IMG/VR virus record: IMGVR_UViG_2718217767_000001
Source: an uncultured virus (IMG/VR IMGVR_UViG_2718217767_000001)
Taxonomy: Duplodnaviria > Heunggongvirae > Uroviricota > Caudoviricetes
Direction: 5' to 3' (one strand)
Length of the DNA stretch: 20,000 bases
Under the pieces are notes generated by a model that worked only from the letters and a program-made list of their open reading frames with translations, was not told the DNA's origin and searched no databases. Shown here piece by piece: positions 1 through 9,619 of this stretch. How positions within the stretch are numbered: the first letter of the stretch is position 1; each line of letters begins with the position of its first letter. Position numbers and translations under genes: made by a program.

Positions 1-1
1 T

Positions 2-427
2 GTGAGATCTTCCGGTGGTGGCCGTAAGCGCAATTTGCCTTCGGGCCAGAAAAGCAAGCTGACCAGGATCGCACCGCCGGAAGAGTTAATGAGTGATATC
101 GCGATCCGCATCTGGAAAACGCAGAGCAAAATTTTAATTGAGCGGGGCGTTTTTGATCTTGAAGACGCGCCGCTACTCCTGGCGTACTGCAATGCGTTTC
201 ACTTGATGATTGAGGCCGAAAAAGTCATCGCGGAAGAAGGCCTGACCGTATCAAGTGAAATGGGTGGTGAGAAAAAACACCCTGCAGTCAATGTCCGTAA
301 TGACTCCGTTTCGCAGCTCGCCCGTCTGGGTTCACTTCTCGGGTTAGACCCGCTCAGCCGCATAAGAATGACCAGCGGAAAAAATGATCCGGACGATGAA
401 GGGAATGAATTTGATGAGTTTGACTGA
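2..427 (+). CDS. Terminase small subunit (P27-like family), probably 5'-partial
   Basis: N-terminal GGGRK, 'LLLAYC', 'KKHPAV' and 'LGLDPLSR' motifs typical of this TerS family. Stop overlaps the terL start (TGATG). The frame is open to the window edge, so the true start is probably upstream. Confidence 0.85.
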   Translation: MRSSGGGRKRNLPSGQKSKLTRIAPPEELMSDIAIRIWKTQSKILIERGVFDLEDAPLLLAYCNAFHLMIEAEKVIAEEGLTVSSEMGGEKKHPAVNVRNDSVSQLARLGSLLGLDPLSRIRMTSGKNDPDDEGNEFDEFD

Positions 428-2157
428 TGGCTACATATCCGAACGTCAATGCGGCGAACCAGTATGCGCGGGACGTCGTGAACGGGAAGATACTGGCCTG
501 CCGGTTAACCATGCTTGCCTGTCAGCGACATCTTGACGACCTGGAACGTGCCAAAGATCCGCATTGGCCTTACCGCTTCGATAAAAATAAAGCAGAACGT
601 TTCCTTCGCTTTTCCCAGAAAATGCCGCACACCTCCGGAGAGTGGGCTCGCCGGAAGTTGCGGATAGAATTTGAACCCTGGCAAAAATTTGCGCTGGGCG
701 TGCCGTTTGGCTGGGTGCGCAAGGATACCGGTTTTCGCCGCTTCACTGAGATTTACATCGAGGTACCGCGTAAAAATGGGAAATCGGCGATTGCGGCCGC
801 CGTCGGTAACTATATGTTCTGTGCAGATGGCGAGTACGCAGCGGAAGTTTACTGTGGTGCCACAACGGAAAAACAAGCCTGGAAAGTTTTTGCGCCTGCA
901 CTGGCGATGGTGAAAAAGCTGCCGGCGTTGCGTCAGAAGTTCTGTATCAAACCCTGGGCAAAGAAAATGACTCGCCCGGATGGTTCCCTGTTCGCGCCAA
1001 TTATCGGTGACCCTGGAGATGGCGACTCACCATCATGTGCGATCATCGATGAGTACCACGAGCATGATACTGACGCGCTATACACCACAATGACTACCGG
1101 GATGGGGGCGAGGGAGCAGCCCATCACGCTGATCATCACCACGGCAGGCTTTGATATTGCCTCGCCTTGCTATGAAAAACGTACTCAGGTGGTCGAGATA
1201 CTGGAGCGCATCCGGGAGGGTGGTGAAAACGAGGCAATTTTCGGGATCATCTATACCCTGGATGATGACGATGACTGGACACAGCCGGAAGCTCTGATCA
1301 AAGCCAACCCGAATTACAACATTTCGGTGAAAGAGGGATTCCTCAAGGCTAAACAGTTGCTGGCGATGTCCACGCCAGGCCAGACCAATAAAATACTCAC
1401 CAAGCATTTCAACAAATGGGTGAGTTCTAAAGCAGCTTACTACAACCTGCAGAAGTGGATGACCGCAGCAGACAAAACGCTCAGACTGTCCGATTTTGCA
1501 GGTGAGGAGTGTTATCCCGGCATCGACCTGGCATCAAAACTTGACCTTAATGCAGTGGTGCCGGTATTCCGCCGTGAAATAGACGGCCTGAGTCATTATT
1601 ACTGCGTTTCGCCTATGTTCTGGGTACCGGAAGACACCGTCTACGCCACGGACCCGGCGTTGAAAACTATTGCAGACCGTTACCAGTCTTTTGTTAATCA
1701 GGGCGTGCTGGTTCCGTCAGACGGTGCAGAAGTGGATTACCGCCTTATCCTGGAAGCGATCCTGAAATTACGGGAAACGGTGAAGATAGCCGCGAGTCCG
1801 ATTGACCCCTACGGTGCAACAGGCTTATCTCATATGCTGCAGGATGAAGGGCTTGAACCTGTCACCATTACCCAGAACTACACGAACATGAGCGACCCGA
1901 TGCGTGAGATTGAGGCTGCGATCGCTGCTGGCCGATTCCATCATGACGGTAATCCCTTGATGACCTGGTGTATTTCGAACGTGGTTGGCAAGTACCTGCC
2001 TGGTAGCGACGATGTTGTTCGCCCGGTGAAAGAAGGCGCAGGCAACAAAATTGATGGTGCAGTTGGCCTGATGATGGGGGTTGGCCGCGCAATGCTGAAC
2101 GAGCCGAAAGACTTTCTTTCTAACCTCGATCCTGATGAGGAACTGTTATTCCTGTGA
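427..2157 (+). CDS. Terminase large subunit
   Basis: 576 aa; Walker A (PRKNGKS), Walker B (AIIDEYH), nuclease acidic motifs GIDLA and KIDG. Confidence 0.96.
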   Translation: MATYPNVNAANQYARDVVNGKILACRLTMLACQRHLDDLERAKDPHWPYRFDKNKAERFLRFSQKMPHTSGEWARRKLRIEFEPWQKFALGVPFGWVRKDTGFRRFTEIYIEVPRKNGKSAIAAAVGNYMFCADGEYAAEVYCGATTEKQAWKVFAPALAMVKKLPALRQKFCIKPWAKKMTRPDGSLFAPIIGDPGDGDSPSCAIIDEYHEHDTDALYTTMTTGMGAREQPITLIITTAGFDIASPCYEKRTQVVEILERIREGGENEAIFGIIYTLDDDDDWTQPEALIKANPNYNISVKEGFLKAKQLLAMSTPGQTNKILTKHFNKWVSSKAAYYNLQKWMTAADKTLRLSDFAGEECYPGIDLASKLDLNAVVPVFRREIDGLSHYYCVSPMFWVPEDTVYATDPALKTIADRYQSFVNQGVLVPSDGAEVDYRLILEAILKLRETVKIAASPIDPYGATGLSHMLQDEGLEPVTITQNYTNMSDPMREIEAAIAAGRFHHDGNPLMTWCISNVVGKYLPGSDDVVRPVKEGAGNKIDGAVGLMMGVGRAMLNEPKDFLSNLDPDEELLFL

Positions 2158-2312
2158 AATCACTAATTATCGATGTGGCCGGGGTGGCAGGCTTCGGCGC
2201 GCTGGTGGGAGGTATTTACCTCAAATTTGGCGCGGCGGTTGCTCTTATGGCTGGTGGTAGTGGCCTGCTGCTGTGGGCACTGCTGGCGGCCAGGAGAATA
2301 AAAACATGCTGA
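2154..2312 (+). CDS. Small hydrophobic membrane protein, 52 aa (not in the ORF track)
   Basis: GTG start overlaps the terL stop (GTGA). Translation MKSLIIDVAGVAGFGALVGGIYLKFGAAVALMAGGSGLLLWALLAARRIKTC. It fills the terL-portal gap and overlaps the portal start. Confidence 0.8.
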   Translation: MKSLIIDVAGVAGFGALVGGIYLKFGAAVALMAGGSGLLLWALLAARRIKTC

Positions 2313-3523
2313 TTGATGCCATTTTCAGAAGCAACTCGCTGGAAAACCCAGCTGTTCCGGTCACCGTTGAAGCGGTCGAAAACGACGGGATCTTTAATGG
2401 TGATGTGATTGTTAACCCCCGGACGGCAATGAAACTGGCGGCGGTGTATGCATGTATCTACGTTATTTCATCCAACGTTGCGCAGATGCCCCTGCACGTC
2501 ATGCGGCGAACCGGGAAGAAGGTTGAAACTGCCCGCGACCATCCTGCCTTTTACCTGGTTCATGACGAACCCAATTCCTGGCAGACCAGCTATAAATGGC
2601 GCGAGCTCAAACAACGTCACATTCTGGGCTGGGGTAACGGATATACCAGAGTTCTCCGTCACCGCCGAACCGGTGAAGTCACTGGCCTTGAAGCCTGTAT
2701 GCCGTGGGAAACAACGCTGCTGAACACCGGCGGGCGCTATACCTACGGCGTGTATAACGAAGAAGGTTCCTTTGCCATTAATCCTGATGACATGATCCAC
2801 GTCAGGGCGTTGGGTAACGATCAGAAAATGGGGCTCAGTCCGGTTCTTCAGCACGCCGAAACCATCGGTATGGGTATGAGCGGGCAGAAATACACGGAAA
2901 GTTTTTTCAGCGGTAACGCCAGACCAGCGGGCATAGTTTCAGTAAAAGGAGAATTGAATGACGGCTCCTGGAAAAGGCTGAAAGAGATGTGGCAAAAAGC
3001 CACGGCGATGCTGCGCAGCCAGGAAAACAGGACAATGTTGCTCCCGGCTGAACTGGATTATAAAGCGCTGACGGTTTCCCCAGTCGATGCCCAGCTCATC
3101 GACATGATGAAGCTCAACCGTTCCATGATTGCCGGGATTTTCAACGTGCCGGCACACATGATCAACGACCTCGAAAAAGCCACCTTCTCCAATATTTCCG
3201 AACAGGCGATTCAGTTTGTTCGCTACACAATGATGCCGTGGGTGACGAACTGGGAGCAGGAGCTTAACCGTCGGTTGTTCACCCGCGCCGAACGGGAAGC
3301 CGGGTATTACGTGCGCTTTAACCTGGCGGGTTTATTGCGCGGTACTGCCAAAGAGCGCGCGGAGTTCTATCACTTCGCTATCACCGATGGCTGGATGAGC
3401 CGCAACGAAGCACGCGCGTTTGAGGATATGAATCCGAAAGACGGCCTTGATGAAATGCTGGTCAGCGTTAACGCCTCCCGGCCAGCCAAATCCACAACCC
3501 AGGAGAACACTCAAGATGAGTGA
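2306..3523 (+). CDS. Portal protein, HK97 family
   Basis: Motifs 'AVYACI..ISSNVAQMPL', 'FFSGNARPAG', 'IAGIFNVP', 'MSRNEARAFED'. Start moved to ATG 2306, downstream of RBS AGGAG at 2292-2296. Confidence 0.95.
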   Translation: MLIDAIFRSNSLENPAVPVTVEAVENDGIFNGDVIVNPRTAMKLAAVYACIYVISSNVAQMPLHVMRRTGKKVETARDHPAFYLVHDEPNSWQTSYKWRELKQRHILGWGNGYTRVLRHRRTGEVTGLEACMPWETTLLNTGGRYTYGVYNEEGSFAINPDDMIHVRALGNDQKMGLSPVLQHAETIGMGMSGQKYTESFFSGNARPAGIVSVKGELNDGSWKRLKEMWQKATAMLRSQENRTMLLPAELDYKALTVSPVDAQLIDMMKLNRSMIAGIFNVPAHMINDLEKATFSNISEQAIQFVRYTMMPWVTNWEQELNRRLFTRAEREAGYYVRFNLAGLLRGTAKERAEFYHFAITDGWMSRNEARAFEDMNPKDGLDEMLVSVNASRPAKSTTQENTQDE

Positions 3524-4118
3524 ACGTGAAATTCGCTGTTACAGCGGCGAGGTGCGCGCAGAAACGCACGACAGCGAGCCCAGCCGGATCATCGGGTATG
3601 GTTCGGTCTTTGACAGCCGTTCTGAACTGATTTTCGGTTCGTTTCGCGAAATCATCCGGCCCGGTGCGTTTGATGAAGTGCTGAATGACGATGTACGGGC
3701 GTTATTCAACCATGACCCCAATTTTATCCTGGGTCGCAGAAGTGCGGGCACGCTGGCACTGACGGTTGATGAGCGGGGTCTGCGTTATGACATCACCGCG
3801 CCAGAAACTCAGACAATCCGTGATCTGGTGCTGGCACCAATGCAGCGCGGGGATATCAACCAGTCCTCTTTTGCATTTCGCGTCGCCCGCGACGGAGAGG
3901 AATGGTACCAGGACGAGGATGGTGTGGTGATTCGTGAGATTACCCGTTTTTCCCGTCTGCTGGATGTCAGCCCTGTGACATATCCGGCGTATCAGGAGGC
4001 AGATTCCGCCGTCCGCTCTATGAAAGCCTGGCAGGAGGCGCGCGATAGTAGCGCACTGCAGAAAGCCATTAACCAACGAATGGCGCGTGAGCGCGTCCTG
4101 ACCCTTCTTAACGCGTAA
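3516..4118 (+). CDS. Prohead protease, HK97 family
   Basis: Motifs 'IIGYGSVF', 'FREII.PGAF', 'ALFNHD', 'SSFAF', 'DVSPVTYPAY'. ATG 3516 with RBS AGGAG at 3501-3505. Confidence 0.94.
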   Translation: MSEREIRCYSGEVRAETHDSEPSRIIGYGSVFDSRSELIFGSFREIIRPGAFDEVLNDDVRALFNHDPNFILGRRSAGTLALTVDERGLRYDITAPETQTIRDLVLAPMQRGDINQSSFAFRVARDGEEWYQDEDGVVIREITRFSRLLDVSPVTYPAYQEADSAVRSMKAWQEARDSSALQKAINQRMARERVLTLLNA

Positions 4119-4127
4119 GGAAAAACC

Positions 4128-5357
4128 ATGAAATTGCATGAACTGAAACAAAAACGTAACACCATCGCGACCGACATGCGCGCGCTGAACGAAAAAATCG
4201 GCGATAACCCATGGACGGATGAGCAGCGTACCGAATGGAACAAGGCAAAATCTGAACTGGAAGCACTCGACGAGCGCATCGCCCGCGAAGAAGAGCTGCG
4301 CCGCCAGGACCAGACCTACGTTGATGAAAACGAGGAAGAGCAGCGCAATAATCAGGATCCTGATAAAGACCCGCAGCAGGACGAAAAACGCGGCCAGATT
4401 TTTGATAAATGGATGCGTCACGGCGCCAGCGAACTGAGTTCCGAAGAGCGCAAAGCCTTACGCGAACTGCGTGCGCAGGGTGTGGCGCCGGATGAAAAGG
4501 GCGGCTATACCGTGCCTGATACCTTCCTGGCGAAAGTGGTCGAACAGATGAAATCCTACGGTGGTATTGCCAGCGTGGCGCAGATCCTCGCTACATCCGA
4601 TGGGCGCACTATGGAATGGGCCACTGCTGATGGTACCGCTGAAGTGGGTGTGCTGCTGGGTGAAAACGAAGAAGCGGGTGAAGAAGATACCGAATTCGGT
4701 ATGGATAGTCTGGGCGCGCTGAAAATGACATCCAAAATTATCCGCGTATCCAACGAGCTGCTACAGGACAGTGCGATCGACATGGAAGCCTATCTCGCCC
4801 GCCGTATTGCGGAGCGCATTGGCCGCGGTGAAGCGCGTTACCTTATTCAGGGGACCGGCACCGGTACGCCAAAACAGCCTAAGGGTCTGAAAGCATCCGT
4901 AACCGGCACTACGCAGACGGCCGCTGCCGGAGCTGTTAAATGGCAAGAGATTCTGGCGCTGAAACACAGTATTGATCCGGCGTACCGCCGCGGGCCGAAG
5001 TTCCGCCTGGCGTTCAATGACAATACGCTGAAACTCATCAGCGAGATGGAAGACGGTCAGGGCCGTCCACTCTGGCTGCCTGATATCGTCGGCGTGGCGC
5101 CAGCATCAGTGCTGAATGTTCCGTACGTTATTGATCAGGAGATCGATGATATTGGCGCGGGCAAAAAATTCATGTTCTGTGGCGACTTCGACCGCTTCAT
5201 TATCCGCCGTGTTCGCTACATGATCCTGAAGCGCCTGGTGGAGCGTTACGCGGAATTCGACCAGACCGGCTTCCTGGCGTTCCATCGCTTTGACTGTATT
5301 CTCGAAGATACCTCTGCGATTAAAGCGCTGGTGGGCAAAGGCTCGGCAAGCAGCTAA
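4128..5357 (+). CDS. Major capsid protein, HK97 fold, with N-terminal coiled-coil scaffold (delta-like) domain
   Basis: 409 aa after the protease gene; charged helical first ~115 aa; 'GGYTVP', 'VSNELLQDS', 'GTGT..PKG', 'GDF' motifs; RBS AAGGA. Confidence 0.95.
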   Translation: MKLHELKQKRNTIATDMRALNEKIGDNPWTDEQRTEWNKAKSELEALDERIAREEELRRQDQTYVDENEEEQRNNQDPDKDPQQDEKRGQIFDKWMRHGASELSSEERKALRELRAQGVAPDEKGGYTVPDTFLAKVVEQMKSYGGIASVAQILATSDGRTMEWATADGTAEVGVLLGENEEAGEEDTEFGMDSLGALKMTSKIIRVSNELLQDSAIDMEAYLARRIAERIGRGEARYLIQGTGTGTPKQPKGLKASVTGTTQTAAAGAVKWQEILALKHSIDPAYRRGPKFRLAFNDNTLKLISEMEDGQGRPLWLPDIVGVAPASVLNVPYVIDQEIDDIGAGKKFMFCGDFDRFIIRRVRYMILKRLVERYAEFDQTGFLAFHRFDCILEDTSAIKALVGKGSASS

Positions 5358-5383
5358 TCCCTCTCACCTCTGAACAAACCATG

Positions 5384-5403
5384 CCGCGTTAAGCGGTTTT
5401 TTT
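5384..5403 (+). terminator. Probable weak intrinsic terminator after the capsid gene
   Basis: CCGC-gttaa-GCGG stem-loop followed by T7. Confidence 0.6.
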
Positions 5404-5436
5404 GTGCCCGCCACCCGGCGGGCGCAGGAGGATCCT

Positions 5437-5760
5437 ATGTTGCTTTCTCCTGAGGAGATCAAGTTGCAGCTCAGGCTGGATGAGGATTACGCCGATGAAG
5501 ATAAATTTCTTGAGCTGTTGGGGCGGGCGGTTCAGGCCAGGACAGAAAATTTTCTGAACCGGAGACTTTATACGGCGGAGGCGGGGGTGCCAGCCGACGA
5601 TCCGGAGGGGCTTATTCTCTCGGATGACATCAGGATGGGGATGCTGCTTCTGGTGACGCACTTCTACGAGAATCGTTCTACCGTCACCGAAGTGGAGAAA
5701 GTCGAACTGCCGATGAGCTTTAACTGGCTCGTCGGTCCATACAGGTACATCCCGCTATGA
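5437..5760 (+). CDS. Head-tail connector (HK97 gp6-like)
   Basis: 'EEIKLQLRLD', 'ENFLNR', 'LLLVTHFYENR', 'L..PYR' motifs; RBS GGAGG at 5427-5431 and ATG 5437. Confidence 0.88.
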   Translation: MLLSPEEIKLQLRLDEDYADEDKFLELLGRAVQARTENFLNRRLYTAEAGVPADDPEGLILSDDIRMGMLLLVTHFYENRSTVTEVEKVELPMSFNWLVGPYRYIPL

Positions 5761-6161
5761 AACTCAGGCAGGCGCAGGCCAGCGCCACATACCTTTTGCC
5801 CGACCCAGGCGAACTTGACCAGCGCATTGTTATCCGGCGGCGTGTCGATGTTCCGGCTGATGACTTTGGCGTAACGCCGACGTACCCGGAGCAGATCCGG
5901 GCGTGGGCCAAAAAAGCGCAACCCGGCGCGGCAGCTTATCAGGGGGCTGTGCAGATAGAAAACAGGGTGACGCACTATTTCACCATCCGTTTTCGCCGCG
6001 GTATCACCGCCGATCATGAAGTGCTCCACGACGATATTTCTTATCGGGTTAAACGGGTCCGTGATCTGAACAGTAAACGCCGCTTTCTGTTGCTCGAGTG
6101 CGAAGAGCTGGGTACCGATAACGGGAGTGACTATGCCGCAGAAAGCATATTTACACGTTGA
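5757..6161 (+). CDS. Head closure / head-tail adaptor protein (SPP1 gp16-like)
   Basis: 'PGELDQRIVI', 'THYFTIRFR', 'FLLLECEE'; ATGA overlap with the connector gene; expected position. Confidence 0.82.
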   Translation: MKLRQAQASATYLLPDPGELDQRIVIRRRVDVPADDFGVTPTYPEQIRAWAKKAQPGAAAYQGAVQIENRVTHYFTIRFRRGITADHEVLHDDISYRVKRVRDLNSKRRFLLLECEELGTDNGSDYAAESIFTR

Positions 6162-6645
6162 TTTTGAACAGCCGGAAACGCTTGTTTTTAACCGGGCGCG
6201 TATGCGCCGGGCGTTTGTCAGTATCGGGCAGGTACATATGCGCGATGCCCGCCGCCTGGTCATGAAGCGGGGGCGTTCCGGACCCGGCGATAATCCTTCA
6301 TACAGAACGGGAAAACTGGCACGCTCCATCGGGTATTACGTTCCGCGGGCATCCAGTCGCCGTCCTGGATTGATGGTGAAAATTGCCCCTAATCAGAAGA
6401 ACGGGGAAGGGAACCGCCCGATCTCAGGCGCATTTTACCCTGCCTTTCTGTTCTACGGTGTTCGCCGTGGGGCGAAGCGTAAGAAAGGCCATCATCGAGG
6501 CGCATCAGGCGGCAGCGGCTGGCGTGTGGCACCACGTAACAACTACATGACTGAGGTTCTGGATAAACGCCGCAGCTGGACACGTTATGTGCTCTCCCGC
6601 GAATTGCGAAAATCACTCCGTCCTCAGCGAAGGAAGAAAAAATGA
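6133..6645 (+). CDS. Basic neck/tail-completion morphogenesis protein (HK97 gp10-like position)
   Basis: Arg/Lys-rich ORF with 'S.PG..P..RTGKLARSI'; RBS GGGAG at 6123-6127 before ATG 6133; lies between the adaptor and tail genes. Confidence 0.65.
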   Translation: MPQKAYLHVDFEQPETLVFNRARMRRAFVSIGQVHMRDARRLVMKRGRSGPGDNPSYRTGKLARSIGYYVPRASSRRPGLMVKIAPNQKNGEGNRPISGAFYPAFLFYGVRRGAKRKKGHHRGASGGSGWRVAPRNNYMTEVLDKRRSWTRYVLSRELRKSLRPQRRKKK

Positions 6646-7202
6646 AATTAACCCCGATTATTGCGGCACTTCGCAGCCGTTGCCCTCGGTTTGAAAACCG
6701 TGTGGGTGGCGCAGCGCAGTTTAAAGCGATACCGGAGGCCGGAAAGCTCAGGCTACCAGCCGCGTATGTTGTGCCAGCCGAAGACGTCACGGGTGAGCAG
6801 AAATCGCAGACCGACTACTGGCAGGATTTGACGGAGGGTTTTTCCGTCATCGTGGTACTCAGCAACGAACGGGATGAAAAAGGGCAGTGGGCTTCTTACG
6901 ACGCAGTTCACGACGTCAGGCAGGAAATCTGGAAGGCGCTGCTGGGGTGGGAACCGGACCCGCAGGCGCATGAAATTCAGTATGCGGGTGGGATGCTTCT
7001 CGATCTGAACCGCCACGAACTGTATTACCAGTTCGACTTCACGGTGAAGTATGAAATTACCGAAACAGACACCCGCCAGCAGGATGATCTGGACGGCCTG
7101 CCCGACCTTAAAACGCTCAGTATTGATGTTGATTTTATCGAACCCGGTACCGGGCCAGATGGCGACATCGAGCACCACACCGAAATTACATTTCAGGAAT
7201 AA
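6642..7202 (+). CDS. Putative tail terminator/completion protein
   Basis: 186 aa, ATGA-coupled; 'LPAAYVV' motif; lies upstream of the sheath gene like Mu gp37. Confidence 0.6.
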   Translation: MKLTPIIAALRSRCPRFENRVGGAAQFKAIPEAGKLRLPAAYVVPAEDVTGEQKSQTDYWQDLTEGFSVIVVLSNERDEKGQWASYDAVHDVRQEIWKALLGWEPDPQAHEIQYAGGMLLDLNRHELYYQFDFTVKYEITETDTRQQDDLDGLPDLKTLSIDVDFIEPGTGPDGDIEHHTEITFQE

Positions 7203-7205
7203 ACC

Positions 7206-7370
7206 ATGTTTGTGAAACCCGCAAAAGGGCGATCGGTTCCCGATCCGGCCCGTGGCGACCTTTTACCTGAAGGAGGTCGAAATGTTGATGAGAATAACTA
7301 CTGGCTGCGCCGCGAGGCCGCTGGTGATGTCCGGCGCACGAATAAAAAGGTGAAAACAAATGGCGATTAG
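7206..7370 (+). CDS. Small Mu gp38-like protein (DUF2635-like), 54 aa (not in the ORF track)
   Basis: MFVKPAKGRSVPDPARGDLLPEGGRNVDENNYWLRREAAGDVRRTNKKVKTNGD. The 'VKP..G..VPDP..G..LP..G..V...YW.RR...GDV' pattern is typical of the gene just before Mu-like sheath genes. RBS AGGA. Confidence 0.85.
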   Translation: MFVKPAKGRSVPDPARGDLLPEGGRNVDENNYWLRREAAGDVRRTNKKVKTNGD

Positions 7371-8856
7371 TTTTAATTCCATCCCGTCAGATACGCGGGT
7401 TCCGCTGTTTTATGCCGAGATGGATAACTCGGCGGCAAATACCGCCCGGGACAGCGGGGCATCACTGCTGATTGGTCACGCCAGCAATGATGCGTCAATT
7501 GCCGTCAACAGTCTTGTTCTGGTGTCATCGGTTGATTATGCCCGTCAGATTTGCGGTGCAGGAAGCCAGCTGGCCCGTATGGTCGGGGCGTACCGTAAGA
7601 CCGATCCATTTGGCGAACTGTATGTCATTGCCGTACCTGAATCCACAGGCGCGGCAGCAACCGTCGCTTTGACGGTAACTGGCGAAGCGACGGAAACCGG
7701 AACGGTGAATGTCTATACCGGCCGAACCCGCGTTCAGGCTCCCGTGACCAGCGGTGATGACGCTGCGGCGGTGGCTGTGAGCATTAAGGATGCGGTCAAT
7801 GCAAACCCTGATCTTCCCTTTACGGCAACATCAGAAGCGGGGGTGGTGACACTGACTGCGCGCCACAAGGGGTTATATGGAAATGAAATTCCGGTCACTC
7901 TCAATTATTACGGCTTTGGCGGTGGGGAGGTGTTACCGGCAGGTGTGAATATTACGGTTGCCAGCGGCGTGAAGGGGGCTGGTGCGCCAGCTCTTAACGA
8001 CGCGGTGGCAGCGATGGGAGATGAGCCGTTCGATTATATCGGCCTTCCGTTTAACGACACGGCATCGGTGAACACGATGGCAACTGAAATGAATGATTCC
8101 AGCGGTCGCTGGAGTTATATCCGGCAGTTGTATGGTCACGTTTATACGGCGAAGACGGGGACGCTGTCGGAGCTTGTGGCCGCGGGTGACCAGTTTAACC
8201 TGCAGCACATCACCCTGGCGGGCTATGAGAAAGACACCCAGACGCCTGCTGATGAACTGGCTGCAAGCCGTACTGCCCGTGCTGCGGTTTTTATCCGTAA
8301 CGATCCGGCGCGCCCGACCCAGACCGGGGAACTGGTGGACATGCTGCCGGCACCGAAAGGCAAACGCTTCACGACGACTGAACAGCAGACGTTACTTTCC
8401 CACGGTGTGGCAACGGCGTATGTGGAAAGCGGCGTGCTGCGTATTCAGCGGGATATCACGACGTACAGGAAAAATGCGTATGGTGTGGCGGATAACAGCT
8501 ACCTTGACAGCGAGACGCTGCATACCAGTGCTTATGTGTTGCGCCGTCTGAAATCTGTTATTACCAGTAAATACGGGCGCCATAAACTTGCTAATGATGG
8601 TACGCGTTTCGGGCCTGGTCAGGCCATTGTCACGCCTGCCGTTATCCGTGGTGAGCTGGGATCAACATATCGCCAGCTGGAGCGGGAAGGCATCGTGGAA
8701 AACTTCGATCTGTTCCAGCAACATCTGATAGTTGAGCGTAACGCGAACGATTCGAACCGCCTTGATGTGCTGTTTCCGCCTGATTATGTCAATCAGTTAC
8801 GTGTGTTTGCGGTGCTTAACCAGTTCCGTCTGCAGTACAGCGAGGAGGCTGCATAA
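7360..8856 (+). CDS. Contractile tail sheath protein (Mu gpL-like)
   Basis: 498 aa; 'ISFNSIPS..RVPLFYAE.DNS', 'G.GSQLARM', 'DPARP.QT', 'NRLDVLFPPDYVNQLRVFA'. Confidence 0.93.
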   Translation: MAISFNSIPSDTRVPLFYAEMDNSAANTARDSGASLLIGHASNDASIAVNSLVLVSSVDYARQICGAGSQLARMVGAYRKTDPFGELYVIAVPESTGAAATVALTVTGEATETGTVNVYTGRTRVQAPVTSGDDAAAVAVSIKDAVNANPDLPFTATSEAGVVTLTARHKGLYGNEIPVTLNYYGFGGGEVLPAGVNITVASGVKGAGAPALNDAVAAMGDEPFDYIGLPFNDTASVNTMATEMNDSSGRWSYIRQLYGHVYTAKTGTLSELVAAGDQFNLQHITLAGYEKDTQTPADELAASRTARAAVFIRNDPARPTQTGELVDMLPAPKGKRFTTTEQQTLLSHGVATAYVESGVLRIQRDITTYRKNAYGVADNSYLDSETLHTSAYVLRRLKSVITSKYGRHKLANDGTRFGPGQAIVTPAVIRGELGSTYRQLEREGIVENFDLFQQHLIVERNANDSNRLDVLFPPDYVNQLRVFAVLNQFRLQYSEEAA

Positions 8857-9212
8857 TGGGAAAAATTGCGGGAACAACATATTTCAAAATCGACGGACAG
8901 CAACTGTCGGTAACCGGAGGGATTGAAGTCCCCATGAACACCAAAGTTCGTGACGACGTGATTGGCCTGGATGGTTCCGTTGACTACAAGGAAACCAGCC
9001 GGGCACCGTATACGAAGGTGACCGCCAAAGTGCCGAAAAACTTCCCGGTCGATAAAATTACGTCTTCTGATGTCATGACCATCACATCAGAGCTGGCAAA
9101 TGGTCAGGTGTATGTTCTCTCAAACGCCTGGCTGCACGGCGAAGCCAACCATAACCCGGAAGAGGGCACCGTGGATCTTGAGTTCCACGGTGAGGAGGGA
9201 TTTTACCAGTGA
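8856..9212 (+). CDS. Tail tube protein (Mu gpM-like)
   Basis: 118 aa directly after the sheath (TAATG overlap); 'IAGT.YFKIDG', 'ELANG..YVL..AW', 'LEFHG'. Confidence 0.88.
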   Translation: MGKIAGTTYFKIDGQQLSVTGGIEVPMNTKVRDDVIGLDGSVDYKETSRAPYTKVTAKVPKNFPVDKITSSDVMTITSELANGQVYVLSNAWLHGEANHNPEEGTVDLEFHGEEGFYQ

Positions 9213-9535
9213 TAAAAGAACTTGTGCTCAAAAAGCCGATTATGGCGCATAACGAAAAGCTTCATGTGCTGGAGCTGCGCGAACCGTCCTACGATGAAAT
9301 CGAAGCCATTGGTTTTCCGTTCACCGTTTCCGGTGATGGCGGCGTCCGGCTGGACAGTTCGGTTGCTCTGAAATATATCCCTGTGCTGGCAGGTATTCCA
9401 CGCTCCTCGGCAGCGCAACTGGCAAAACTGGATATTTTCAAAGCCTGTATGTTGATCCTCAATTTTTTTACCCGGTCGGAGACGGAGGAGGACTCAGAAA
9501 GCGGGTCTACAACACCGCATACTTCTGGCGAATAA
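9209..9535 (+). CDS. Tail assembly chaperone (lambda G / P2 E analogue); probable -1 frameshifted extension to 9627
   Basis: Lies between tube and tape measure genes; 'LELREP' motif; in-frame T-TTT-TTT slippery heptamer at 9463-9469. Confidence 0.82.
   Translation: MIKELVLKKPIMAHNEKLHVLELREPSYDEIEAIGFPFTVSGDGGVRLDSSVALKYIPVLAGIPRSSAAQLAKLDIFKACMLILNFFTRSETEEDSESGSTTPHTSGE
9463..9469 (+). other. Programmed -1 ribosomal frameshift site (T TTT TTT)
   Basis: Correctly phased X-XXY-YYZ heptamer. The -1 frame stays open for 52 codons to TGA 9625-9627, overlapping the tape measure start. Confidence 0.78.
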
Positions 9536-9619
9536 ATCCCCTGGAGCTCCGGCGGGCGGCGATATCCGATTTTCTGGAGCTGGAGTCGGAGGCTGTCCGT
9601 ATCAATGAGGAAATGAAGC

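Noticed and set aside
2273..2305. Longer N-termini given by the ORF track (portal 2273, protease 3447, connector 5404, baseplate J 14900, fibre 16517, fibre chaperone 18109)
   Set aside because: Downstream ATGs have better RBSs or stop/start coupling and match family N-termini.
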